Part shown: positions 25,904-38,828 of the stretch, piece by piece
How the letters are laid out: the number at the start of each line of letters is the position of its first letter
Numbering within the stretch: position 1 is the stretch's first letter
Origin: Eukaryota sp. TZLM1-RC
Taxonomy: Eukaryota > Protista > Metamonada: BaSk clade
Reading direction: 5' to 3'
Length of the DNA stretch: 64,000 bases
Assembly: GCA_040285825.1 (NCBI GenBank)
Contig: JAUPSS010000004.1
Coordinates: 992,001-1,056,000, forward strand
Position numbers and translations under genes: made by a program
Notes under the pieces: model-generated
Told to the model about the DNA's origin: nothing
What the model saw: the letters and a program-made list of their open reading frames with translations, nothing else
Database searches by the model: none

Positions 25904-28900
25904 TTATAATCTTCTACTTCTTGAACTTCTGGTAAGCTTTCTTTTACAATTTTCTATCATTTTAGCAGCTCCTGAATAACCAGCATTCTTGGCTTTCTCG
26001 TACCATTCAATAGCTTGATGAAGGTCTTTAGGTATACCGTAAACGTGTTCATAACAATCACCTAAACTGAACATTCCAACCTCATTACCCAATTCAGCAG
26101 CTTTTTGGAAATAAAACACTGCTTGAGAATAGTGTTGTTCAACACCATGACCCAGGCGATAGCAAACACCTAAACCAAACATAGCATCAGCATGACCAGC
26201 ATCAGCACCTTTTTTGAACCAATAGAAAGCTTGTTGATGGTCTTGATCAACACCTTCACCATTTCTATAACAAACACCTAAATTAAACATAGCTCTACTA
26301 TTACCAGCTTCAGCTGCCTTGCTAAACCAATAAAAGGCTTGTTGGTGATCCTTTTCTACACCATGACCATGTTTATTAAATTAACCATAGCACCGGCATT
26401 ACCAGCATCAGCACCTTTTTTGCACCAATAAAAAGCTTGTTGATGGTCTTGATCAACACCTTTGCCATCTCTATAACAACAGCCTAAATTACACATAGCA
26501 TCAGCATCACCAGCATCAGCACCTTTTTTTTTAAAAAAACTGGAATATTTATTGACCTTTTTTGATCCAATAAAATGCTTGTTGATGGTCTTGATCAACA
26601 CCTTCACCATTTCTATAACAAACACCTAAATTAAACATAGCTCTACTATTACCAGCTTCAGCTGCCTTGCTAAACCAATAAAAGGCTTGTTGGTGACCCT
26701 TTTCTATACCATGACCATGTTTATTACAATAACCTAAATTAACCATAGCACCAGCATGACTAGCATCAGCACCTTTTTTGAACCAATGGAAAGCTTGTTG
26801 ATGGTCTTGATCAACACCTTTGCCATCTCTATAACAACAACCTAAATTACAGATAGCATAAGCATTACCAGCATCAGCACCTTTTTTGAACCAATAAAAT
26901 GCTTGTTGATGGTCTTGATCAACACCTTCTCCATCTCTATAACAACAACCTAAATTAAACATAGCTCTACTATTACCAGCTTCAGCTGCCTTGCTATACC
27001 AATAAAAAGCTTGTTGGTAATCCTTTTCTACACCAAGACCATGGTTATAATAATAACCTAAATTAACCATAGCACCAGCATGACCAGCATCAGCACCTTT
27101 TTTGAAACAATAAAAAGCTTGTTGATGGTCTTGGTCAACACCTTCTCCATCTCTATAACAACAACCTAAATTAAACATAGCTCTACTATTACCAGCTTCA
27201 GCTGCCTTGCTAAACCAATAAAAGGCTTGTTGGTGATCCTTTTCTACACCAAGACCATGGTTATAATAATAACCTAAATTAACCATTGCACCAACATGAC
27301 CAGCATCAGCACCTTTTTTGAAACAATAAAAAGCTTGTTGATGGTCTTGGTCAACACCTTCGCCATCTCTATAACAACATCCTAAATTAACCATAGCACC
27401 AGCATGACCAGCATCAGCACCTTTTTTGAAACAATAAAAAGCTTGTTGATGGTCTTGGTCAACACCTTCGCCATCTGTATAACAACAGCCTAAATTAAAC
27501 ATAGCTCTACTATTACCAGCTTCAGCTGCCTTGCTAAACCAATAAAAGGCTTGTTGGTGATCCTTTTCTACACCAAGACCATGGTTATAATAATAACCTA
27601 AATTAACCATAGCACCAGCATGACCAGCATCAGCACCTTTTTTGAAACAATAAAAAGCTTGTTGATGGTCTTGGTCAACACCTTCTCCATCTCTATAACA
27701 ACAACCTAAATTAAACATAGCTCTACTATTACCAGCTTCAGCTGCCTTGCTAAACCAATAAAAGGCTTGTTGGTGATCCTTTTCTACACCAAGACCATGG
27801 TTATAATAATAACCTAAATTAACCATTGCACCAACATGACCAGCATCAGCACCTTTTTTGAAACAATAAAAAGCTTGTTGATGGTCTTGGTCAACACCTT
27901 CGCCATCTCTATAACAACATCCTAAATTAACCATAGCACCAGCATGACCAGCATCAGCACCTTTTTTGAAACAATAAAAAGCTTCTTGATGGTCTTGGTC
28001 AACACCTTCTCCATCTCTATAACAACAACCTAAATTAAACATAGCTCTACTATTACCAGCTTCAGCTGCCTTGCTAAACCAATAAAAGGCTTGTTGGTGA
28101 TCCTTTTCTACACCAAGACCATGGTTATAATAATAACCTAAATTAACCATAGCACCAACATGACCAGCATCAGCACCTTTTTTGAAACAATAAAAAGCTT
28201 GTTGATGGTCTTGGTCAACACCTTCGCCATCTCTATAACAACATCCTAAATTAACCATAGCACCAGCATGACCAGCATCAGCACCTTTTTTGAAACAATA
28301 AAAAGCTTGTTGATGGTCTTGGTCAACACCTTCGCCATCTCTATAACAACATCCTAAATTAAACATAGCTCTACTATTACCAGCTTCAGCTGCCTTGCTA
28401 AACCAATAAAAGGCTTGTTGGTGATCCTTTTCTACACCAAGACCATGGTTATAATAATAACCTAAATTAACCATAGCACCAGCATGACCAGCATCAGCAC
28501 CTTTTTTGAAACAATAAAAAGCTTGTTGATGGTCTTGGTCAACACCTTCGCCATCTCTATAACAACATCCTAAATTAACCATAGCACCAGCATGACCAGC
28601 ATCAGGACCTTTTTTGAAACAATAAAAAGCTTGTTGATGGTCTTGGTCAACACCTTCGCCATCTCTATAACAACAGCCTAATTCAACCATAGCATAAGCA
28701 TTACCAGCATCAGCACCTTTTATGAAACAATAAAAAGCTTGTTGATGGTCTTGGTCAACACCTTCGCCATCTCTATAACAACATCCTAAATTAAACATAG
28801 CACCAGCATGACCAGCATCAGCACCTTTTTTGAACCAATAGAAAGCTTGTTGATGGTCTTGATCAACACCTTCTCCATCTCTATAACAACAACCTAAATT

Positions 28901-31900
28901 AAACATAGCTACACTATCACCAGCATCAGCTGCCTTGCTATACCAATAAAAAGCTTGTTGGTAATCCTTTTCTACACCAAGACCATGGTTATAATAATAA
29001 CCTAAATTAACCATAGCACCAGCATGACCAGCATCAGCACCTTTTTTGAAACAATAAAAAGCTTGTTGATGGTCTTGGTCAACACCTTCTCCATCTCTAT
29101 AACAACAACCTAAATTAAACATAGCTCTACTATTACCAGCATCAGCACCTTTTTTGAAACAATAAAAAGCTTGTTGATGGTCTTGGTCAACACCTTCGCC
29201 ATCTCTATAACAACATCCTAAATTAAACATAGCTCTACTATTACCAGCTTCAGCTGCCTTGCTAAACCAATAAAAGGCTTGTTGGTGATCCTTTTCTACA
29301 CCAAGACCATGGTTATAATAATAACCTAAATTAACCATAGCACCAACATGACCAGCATCAGCACCTTTTTTGAAACAATAAAAAGCTTGTTGATGGTCTT
29401 GGTCAACACCTTCGCCATCTCTATAACAACATCCTAAATTAACCATAGCACCAGCATGACCAGCATCAGCACCTTTTTTGAAACAATAAAAAGCTTGTTG
29501 ATGGTCTTGGTCAACACCTTCGCCATCTGTATAACAACAGCCTAAATTAAACATAGCTCTACTATTACCAGCTTCAGCTGCCTTGCTAAACCAATAAAAG
29601 GCTTGTTGGTGATCCTTTTCTACACCAAGACCATGGTTATAATAATAACCTAAATTAACCATAGCACCAACATGACCAGCATCAGCACCTTTTTTGAAAC
29701 AATAAAAAGCTTGTTGATGGTCTTGGTCAACACCTTCGCCATCTCTATAACAACATCCTAAATTAACCATAGCACCAGCATGACCAGCATCAGCACCTTT
29801 TTTGAAACAATAAAAAGCTTGTTGATGGTCTTGGTCAACACCTTCGCCATCTGTATAACAACAGCCTAAATTAAACATAGCTCTACTATTACCAGCTTCA
29901 GCTGCCTTGCTAAACCAATAAAAGGCTTGTTGGTGATCCTTTTCTACACCAAGACCATGGTTATAATAATAACCTAAATTAACCATAGCACCAGCATGAC
30001 CAGCATCAGCACCTTTTTGAAACAATAAAAGCTTGTTGATGGTCTTGGTCAACACCTTCGCCATCTCTATAACAACATCCTAAATTAACCATAGCACCAG
30101 CATGACCAGCATCAGGACCTTTTTTTGAAACAATAAAAGCTTGTTGATGGTCTTGGTCAACACCTTCGCCATCTCTATAACAACAGCCTAATTCAACCAT
30201 AGCATAAGCATTACCAGCATCAGCACCTTTTATGAAACAATAAAAAGCTTGTTGATGGTCTTGGTCAACACCTTCGCCATCTCTATAACAACATCCTAAA
30301 TTAAACATAGCACCAGCATGACCAGCATCAGCACCTTTTTTGAACCAATAGAAAGCTTGTTGATGGTCTTGATCAACACCTTCTCCATCTCTATAACAAC
30401 AACCTAAATTAAACATAGCTACACTATCACCAGCATCAGCTGCCTTGCTATACCAATAAAAAAAGCTTGTTGGTAATCCTTTTCTACACCAAGACCATGG
30501 TTATAATAATAACCTAAATTAACCATAGCACCAGCATGACCAGCATCAGCACCTTTTTTGAAACAATAAAAAGCTTGTTGATGGTCTTGGTCAACACCTT
30601 CTCCATCTCTATAACAACAACCTAAATTAAACATAGCTCTACTATTACCAGCATCAGCACCTTTTTTGAAACAATAAAAAGCTTGTTGATGGTCTTGGTC
30701 AACACCTTCGCCATCTCTATAACAACATCCTAAATTAAACATAGCTCTACTATTACCAGCTTCAGCTGCCTTGCTAAACCAATAAAAGGCTTGTTGGTGA
30801 TCCTTTTCTACACCAAGACCATGGTTATAATAATAACCTAAATTAACCATAGCACCAACATGACCAGCATCAGCACCTTTTTTGAAACAATAAAAAGCTT
30901 GTTGATGGTCTTGGTCAACACCTTCGCCATCTCTATAACAACATCCTAAATTAACCATAGCACCAGCATGACCAGCATCAGCACCTTTTTTGAAACAATA
31001 AAAAGCTTGTTGATGGTCTTGGTCAACACCTTCGCCATCTGTATAACAACAGCCTAAATTAAACATAGCTCTACTATTACCAGCTTCAGCTGCCTTGCTA
31101 AACCAATAAAAGGCTTGTTGGTGATCCTTTTCTACACCAAGACCATGGTTATAATAATAACCTAAATTAACCATAGCACCAGCATGACCAGCATCAGCAC
31201 CTTTTTTGAAACAATAAAAAGCTTGTTGATGGTCTTGGTCAACACCTTCTCCATCTCTATAACAACAACCTAAATTAAACATAGCACCAGCATGACCAGC
31301 ATCAGCACCTTTTTTGAAACAATAAAAAGCTTGTTGATGGTCTTGGTCAACACCTTCTCCATCTCTATAACAACAACCTAAATTAAACATAGCTCTACTA
31401 TTACCAGCTTCAGCACCTTTTATGAAACAATAAAAAGCTTGTTGATGGTCTTGGTCAACACCTTCGCCATCTCTATAACAACATCCTAAATTAAACATAG
31501 CACCAGCATGACCAGCATCAGCACCTTTTTTGAACCAATAGAAAGCTTGTTGATGGTCTTGATCAACACCTTCTCCATCTCTATAACAACAACCTAAATT
31601 AAACATAGCTACACTATCACCAGCTTCAGCTGCCTTGCTATACCAATGAAAGGCTTGTTGGTAATTCTTTTCGACACCAAGGCCATGGTCATAACAATAA
31701 CCTAAATTAATCATAGCTGAAGAATTACCAGCTTCAGCAGCTCTTCTCGACCAATAAACTGCTTCTTGGTAGTTTTCATCATTGTAAAATTCCAATCCTT
31801 TTTCAAACATTTGTTCAGGCGTATCACCATCACTTGACTCAACTTCTAAATTTTCAAACCCACCCTCCAAATTTTGGTCACGATCACTACCTTCTTGATC

Positions 31901-32398
31901 CTCATTAGAAGATCTATCATCAGCTAATATTTGGTTGGGCTTACCGAAATTCTGATTATTTGTAATATTATTATGGTAAACTTGAATTGAATTAATTTGT
32001 TCTTTTAATCCCTTTTCTTTTTGAGAAAGTTCGTCTATTTTGGAATTTGAATCGTCAATTTCTATTCTCAAATCATTGATTAATTGATCTCTATTATTGA
32101 TTACTTGATCCTTTTCAACCAAAGTTTGACTTAATTCATGATTTCTAGAGACAAGATTAGAGTTCTGAAGTGTCAATTCTTGGTTTAATTCATCAGAATT
32201 AGATTGAGCCTGGTGTAAACTTTGATTTTCTTGAGTTAATTCTTGAATTGTCTGATTTAAATCAATATTTGATTTTCGGAAAATTTCATTTTCTAGGCTC
32301 AAATCCTCAATAATTTGGTCTTTTTCAGCACAATTCTGACAATTTTGCCTTACATTGGGACTAAATTCATTTATCAAAGGCAAATCATTATAAATCAT
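25904..32398 (-). pseudogene. Giant kinase-less coiled-coil + Sel1 gene (about 53 repeats), broken by homopolymer frameshifts, a 34-bp retroinsertion and a 10-bp deletion
   Basis: ORFs 30419-32398, 30006-30416, 26549-30064, 26356-26625 and 25904-26290 form one 108-bp array; repeats counted by hand. Confidence 0.85.
26530..26554 (-). mobile_element. 25-bp family B 3' tail inserted in a Sel1 repeat, 9-bp TSD
   Basis: Minus strand CAATAAATATTCCAGTTTTTTTAAA matches the family B end at 23158-23179; TSD acctttttt at 26521-26529 and 26555-26563. Confidence 0.9.
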
Positions 32399-32432
32399 TG
32401 CAAATCATTGTACCACGAAGATTTGGATTGTG

Positions 32433-33203
32433 TGCCACTAATGAAGCATTTGTAACAAAAATGAGATTATATTTGAACATCCCCATTAACCAATTATTAT
32501 CAAAAGAAAAATGTATTTGTTCGAATTCACCTCAACTCACTTTGCGCCATGCTCTAAATTGATAACTTATCGTTCCTCATTACATGATGCTGTTAGAGAC
32601 ACTGTTTTCAATATGGCACAAACTGCAAGGATATCGTGCATCAAAGAGCCCCTGCTAAAGGAAACACTATCTCTGAATAATTTTGGTTCTGACGATAGAG
32701 AAGATGTATACTGTGATTGGATTGATAATTCTGAAGCTATTGTTGACTTTGTCTCATGTAATGTTGCAAACGATACTTTGGTTCACAGAAGAAAACTTAA
32801 TCCTGTGGCTGCTCTGGATTTTAAAGCAAAAGAAAAACTTAGAAAATATGATAAAGAAATTGAAGATGCAAATGTCGATAGAAATACACAGCTGGTTTTT
32901 ATTGCTTTCCCATTTTCGATAAATGGAAGATTATCAGTTGAAGCAGAAACTTTTTTTGGATGACTTCCAAAAATGGTGAAAGAAAAAAACAATGAAAAGA
33001 TTTGTTATTCTTTATGGCACTTTCGGATTCAATTTGCCATTATTAATAGCTTACCTCGGTTTTTCAATCGAATTAGAGAAGCTTTAGCTGTACAGCAAGC
33101 AGATGAAGATTATGTAGAGAAAATCTTGGTTCAATGATAGTCGTCACATTAGTTATGATTTAATTTAATCAAGTGTGCAAATTCAATAAATAAATAATTA
33201 TAA
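32433..33203 (+). mobile_element. 5'-truncated family C (copy 3)
   Basis: Copy of 4424-5190. Confidence 0.75.
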
Positions 33204-33856
33204 CGTTACAAGATACTGAATTAACCCAGGATACCGATTGAAAAACCGAGGTAATCTATGAATAATGGCAAATTGAATCCGAGAGCACCATAAAACAATA
33301 TCAAATCTTTTCATTGTTTTTTGTTTACCCATTGTTTAATTTTATTAAAAACCCATAAATCAACATCTAAATAATCCATCTCTCCCAAAACAAAAAGACT
33401 AGATGCAACTAGTATCGTTATTGATACGATTAACTGAGACTGATAAGAAGTTCCTAGTTTCGTAATGTCAAAGGTCAGGTTCTCTATTATGTTGGGGAAG
33501 ATTCAACAAGTGTGGTTCAATACATAGATCATTTGTTCGTAAAAATATAACAAACTCGAAAGTGAAAATGATTTGTCTTGAAGGTGAAAATACGCTGTTC
33601 TACAATCAAATCATCATTAATTAATTTGCTCTTGTAGTTTTTGTAAGAATTCAAATGTATTGACACTGATATGGAAAAGAACATTGTAGTATTTCCCTTT
33701 GGAGGGTTTGTCAATGTTGGATCAATCAGATAACCAAAAAGGCTTGTCAATAGGAAAATGTCACACAAGTTGAATAACACCCGATGTATTCAATCGTTTT
33801 TCAAATAACCCTTTGTGTAGCATTTTATTGGTAACAATTTGGAAAAACTAAACCCT

Positions 33857-36465
33857 TCATAACCAAACATATTGATCTGACAATTCTTTCCTACAACTTT
33901 CTATCCTTTTAGCAGCTTTTGGATGACCAACATCTTTGGCCTTGTCGTACCATTCAATAGCTTGGTGAAGGGCTTTAGGTACACCGTAACCGTGTTCATA
34001 ACATTTACCTAAATTGTATATTCCATACTCATTACCCAATTCAGCAGCTTTTTGGTAATAAAACACTGCTTGAGAATAGTCTTGTTTAACAAAACGAGCA
34101 AGGCGAAAACATTGACCTAAATTATTCATAGCACCAGCATGACCAGCATCAGCACCTTTTTTGAACCAATAAAAAGCTTGTTGATGGTCTTGGTCAACAC
34201 CTTTGCCATCTCTATAACAACAACCTAATTCAACCATAGCACCAGCATGACCAGCATCAGCACCTTTTTTGAAACAATAAAAAGCTTGTTGATGGTCTTG
34301 ATCAACACCTTCTCCATCTCTATAACAACAACCTAAATTAAACATAGCTACACTATCACCAGCTTCAGCTGCCTTGCTAAACCAATAAAAGGCTTGTTGG
34401 TGATCCTTTTCTACACCAAGACCATGGTTATAATAATAACCTAAATTAACCATAGCACCAACATGACCAGCATCAGCACCTTTTTTGAAACAATAAAAAG
34501 CTTGTTGATGGTCTTGGTCAACACCTTCGCCATCTCTATAACAACATCCTAAATTAACCATAGCACCAGCATGACCAGCATCAGCACCTTTTTTGAAACA
34601 ATAAAAAGCTTGTTGATGGTCTTGGTCAACACCTTCTCCATCTCTATAACAACAACCTAAATTAAACATAGCTCTACTATTACCAGCTTCAGCACCTTTT
34701 ATGAAACAATAAAAAGCTTGTTGATGGTCTTGGTCAACACCTTCGCCATCTCTATAACAACATCCTAAATTAAACATAGCACCAGCATGACCAGCATCAG
34801 CACCTTTTTTGAACCAATAGAAAGCTTGTTGATGGTCTTGATCAACACCTTCTCCATCTCTATAACAACAACCTAAATTAAACATAGCTACACTATCACC
34901 AGCTTCAGCTGCCTTGCTATACCAATGAAAGGCTTGTTGGTAATTCTTTTCGACACCAAGGCCATGGTCATAACAATAACCTAAATTAATCATAGCTGAA
35001 GAATTACCAGCTTCAGCAGCTCTTCTCGACCAATAAACTGCTTCTTGGTAGTTTTCATCATTGTAAAATTCCAATCCTTTTTCAAACATTTGTTCAGGCG
35101 TATCACCATCACTTGACTCAACTTCTAAATTTTCAAACCCACCCTCCAAATTTTGGTCACGATCACTACCTTCTTGATCCTCATTAGAAGATCTATCATC
35201 AGCTAATATTTGGTTGGGCTTACCGAAATTCTGATTATTTGTAATATTATTATGGTAAACTTGAATTGAATTAATTTGTTCTTTTAATCCCTTTTCTTTT
35301 TGAGAAAGTTCGTCTATTTTGGAAATTGAATCGTCAATTTCTATTCTCAAATCATTGATTAATTGATCTCTATTATTGATTACTTGATCCTTTTCAACCA
35401 AAGTTTGACTTAATTCATGATTTCTAGAGACAAGATTAGAGTTCTGAAGTGTCAATTCTTGGTTTAATTCATCAGAATTAGATTGAGCCTGGTGTAAACT
35501 TTGATTTTCTTGAGTTAATTCTTGAATTGTCTGATTTAAATCAATATTTGATTTTCGGAAAATTTCATTTTCTAGGCTCAAATCCTCAATAATTTGGTCT
35601 TTTTCAGCACAATTCTGACAATTTTGCCTTACATTGGGACTCAATTCATTTATCAAAGGCAAACCTTCAGCATAATTTTCCAATAAACCCAATTGATGAA
35701 TAATTTGGTCAATCGTTGGTCTTTTTGAGGGATCACTGGACATACAATCATTAACCAATTTTTTCAAAATTTCTGGATCTTCTTGATCAAATGGAAGCTC
35801 TTTTCCCTGATACTTAGCACCCAATAAAGCTAATTGAGTATTTAAACCCTCAAAAGCTACTTTATTAGTAAGTAATTCATATAAAATTACCCCAATAGAA
35901 TAAACATCAGAAGCTTCTGTTATTCTATTGTCAAAAGCCTCCAAAGCGGCATATTTGGGTGTAAACGTGAGAGAAGTGAATATTCGTGTTGTGTTAGCTA
36001 TAACTTTGGAAGTACCAAAGTCAGCTATTCTTAATTGGCCATTAATTAATAGAATATTCTGGGGTTTTAGGTCACCATGAACGACGGCTTTTCCATGTAA
36101 CATCTTGATAGCAGAGCATAGATCCTTGGCTAGTCGGAGAGAGAGAGGGGATCACGTGAGAGAGGAGAGGGGGTAGGAAGGGAGGAAGTAGCGCGTTCCA
36201 TGACAATGCCCATCTTATCATCAAAGTAAGCAATGCCGAAAACACGGAGGATGGCAGGGCTGTTGAGGAAAGAAAGGAGGGCAATCTCTTTCTTGAGTAG
36301 CTTCTTCCCTTCTTCAGTGAGGGAGACCATCTTGACTGCTATATCGAGGGAGAACCAGCGGGCGGAGTAAACGGAAGCAAAGCCTCCTTCACCGATCTTC
36401 TCGCCGAGTTGGATGTCGGAGGCGTTGATCTCAGGGCAGGAAAGATCGTGGTGGGATGATGTCAT
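33857..36465 (-). CDS. Non-RD (TKL-like) protein kinase + coiled coil + 10 Sel1 repeats; one frameshift in a (TC)n tract near 36137-36147
   Basis: MTSSHH start at 36465; GEGGFA, IAVK, KKE, HGDLKPQN, DFG, YAALE, DVYSIG, KRP. Joining the frames across the tract gives ...RLAKDLCSAIKMLHG. Confidence 0.85.
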
Positions 36466-36606
36466 AGCGGTGTGGAGAGAGGAGAGAAGATATGGGGTGT
36501 GTGGGTAATGTTTAAGTGATCGCAAGTGTAGCTTTTTGAGGAACTAGGTCAAAATTCTAAAGACTTTTGAAGACCTTTCAACATTTAATTCGATTCAATA
36601 TCATAA

Positions 36607-38828
36607 GTGATTGTTTTGAAAATTAATCCTCCATTTGAATTACTCGCTGCACGTCTGATTGCTTTTGTAAAGCCTGGAAACGGAATCAAACCTGATGGAA
36701 TACGTCCAATTGCTGTTGGTGAATCTCTTTCTCGTTTTCTAGCATCAATTGTCTTCGATCGTGTCAAAGACAAAGCTTCTACATTTTTGAATCCTCATCA
36801 ATTTGGAATCAAAACAATTGATGGTGCTTCTGTTGCTGCTATTGCCTCTGATACCTTTTTTAATGCAGAGGAAAATAATTTTATTTTTAATCTCGACTTT
36901 AAAAATGCTTTTAATTCTGTAAAGCGAGAAGCAATTTTTGAAGTTATTAAATCTGATTTTCCTGAGCTATCGAGTTTTTTCTACCATTTTTATGGGAAAG
37001 AATCAGATTTAATTTCTAATTCATTTGGTCTTAAATCATCTTCTGGAGTGAAGCAGGGAGATCCTTTAGGCCCATTATTGTTTTGTTTAGCTATTCACAA
37101 AACTTTAAATATCATTAAGCAAAAATACCCTTCTATAAAAATAGTTGCTTATATGGATGATATATCCTTGATTGGTTCATTTGATTTACTAGAATTGGTT
37201 GCTCAAGAAATTGCCGATTCATATGAAAATATTGGGCTTCATCTTAATGCCAGCAAATGCCTTCTGATTGGCTCTTCTGCTCAAGACCTCGTGATAAACG
37301 ATTCTATTGTCCCTTTTACTAATTATAGTAGTGATGCTTTTAAGTTCCTTGGTTGTTGGTTAGGAAATGTGCCTCAAATTCAGAATGAATTGCAAGTTAT
37401 TTTGGAAAAAATTAAAATTGAACTTGATTCAATTTCTTTTTTAGATATAGAAAAGCATATTAAATTTTTCATGCTTAAAATTTACTACACTGGGAGAATA
37501 ACCCACATTTTGAGATCTTGTGCTCCTTCCATAGCATTAGATTTTTGTCGTTCATTCAATTCATTGAGAACAGAATTTTTTGCTGATTTATTGGATGTAG
37601 AACCAGGAATGTTGAAAAGCCATTTATTTTCTTCAGCAAATTTGGGTGGTATTGGTTTTACTAAATCTTCAATTTTGTGTCAATCAGCAATCTTGGGTGG
37701 TGGCAAAAATTTTATTTATGAATTTTCTCGTAGATTTCCTGATGATTCCCATCTGTTAGTCCCCAATTGTAGTCCCTATTTGTATGAGTTATCTTGTGAA
37801 CTTGAAAAATTACCGCCACAAATTTGGACCAAATGCTTTCCTCAATCAATTCAAGAAATTCCAAACCGATCTCTATTTAATTTACAGTTTTGCTGTAAAA
37901 AGCTTCAACAAAAATTGTCAAAGATTTTTGAAAGCTTGGATTTTGATGTTAGACTTGGCTTGGCCAAGAAAAAGAATCCCGCTTTTGCAAATCTTTTACA
38001 AGATATGTGTGCCAGTACTTCTTCTGCCTTAGTAACAACAATTCCACAAGTTTATGGTACTCTCTTATCCGATTCTGCTTGGACTCTGAATATGAGATTT
38101 CGTTCCTTTATCTGGCCTGATAATTTACCTCATAATTTAATTTGTAAATGTTCTCGAGAAATTACAACTACTCATTTGTTAAATTGTAAACATTTTATTT
38201 CTTTTAGAAGCAAGGTTCATGATGCTGTAAGAGACCAGTTATATTGTATGTGTAAATCTCATAGAATTGAATCCTTCTTGGAACCTTTGCTGTCAAATCT
38301 GTTTGATGCTGAAAATGATTTTCATAAGAATAATAGAGGTGATGTCATATTACCTGGATTAGATGGAAGCTTCATTTTATTGGATGTAATGTCTGTTGAT
38401 CCTTGTAATGTCTCAAATGAAAGGCTTGTTAATTCTGAAATTCATAATCCCCTTTCAAATGCTGAAATTTTAAATTCAAAAAATACAATGAAACTTTGTC
38501 CAAATTGGCCAGTCTACAGCATGCAAAATACAATTTGTATCCATTTGTATTTTCCCTTTTTGGTTCACTAGCACCAACTGCTTTACGTTTTTTGGATGAT
38601 TTTGAATTGATTGTAAAGGGAAGAACTGGCAGAAATTTCAACAGATTGTTTTGGCAAAATAGAATTGTGTTTTCTATTTTTAAGGGGATGTTGAAGATGG
38701 TTTCTGATGCTTTGCTTTCTCTTGGATCTCACTATGAGAGAGTTGCATCTAGTGTTTTTGTTTTGGGAGAGATGGATTTTTTAGATGTTGATTTATAGGT
38801 TTTGAACAAAATTAAATTTAAAAAAAAG
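36607..38828 (+). mobile_element. 5'-truncated family A element (independent insertion)
   Basis: 654-aa RT ORF lacking the TAG found in the Sel1-inserted copies; ends DVDL* then a short 3' UTR and A-tail. No TSD found. Confidence 0.9.

Noticed and set aside
25950-31750. CRISPR-like array or diversity-generating retroelement (RT next to variable repeats)
   Set aside because: The repeats are contiguous in-frame coding units with no spacers. I see no template/variable pair with adenine-specific changes, and the RTs are non-LTR type with RLE and TSDs.
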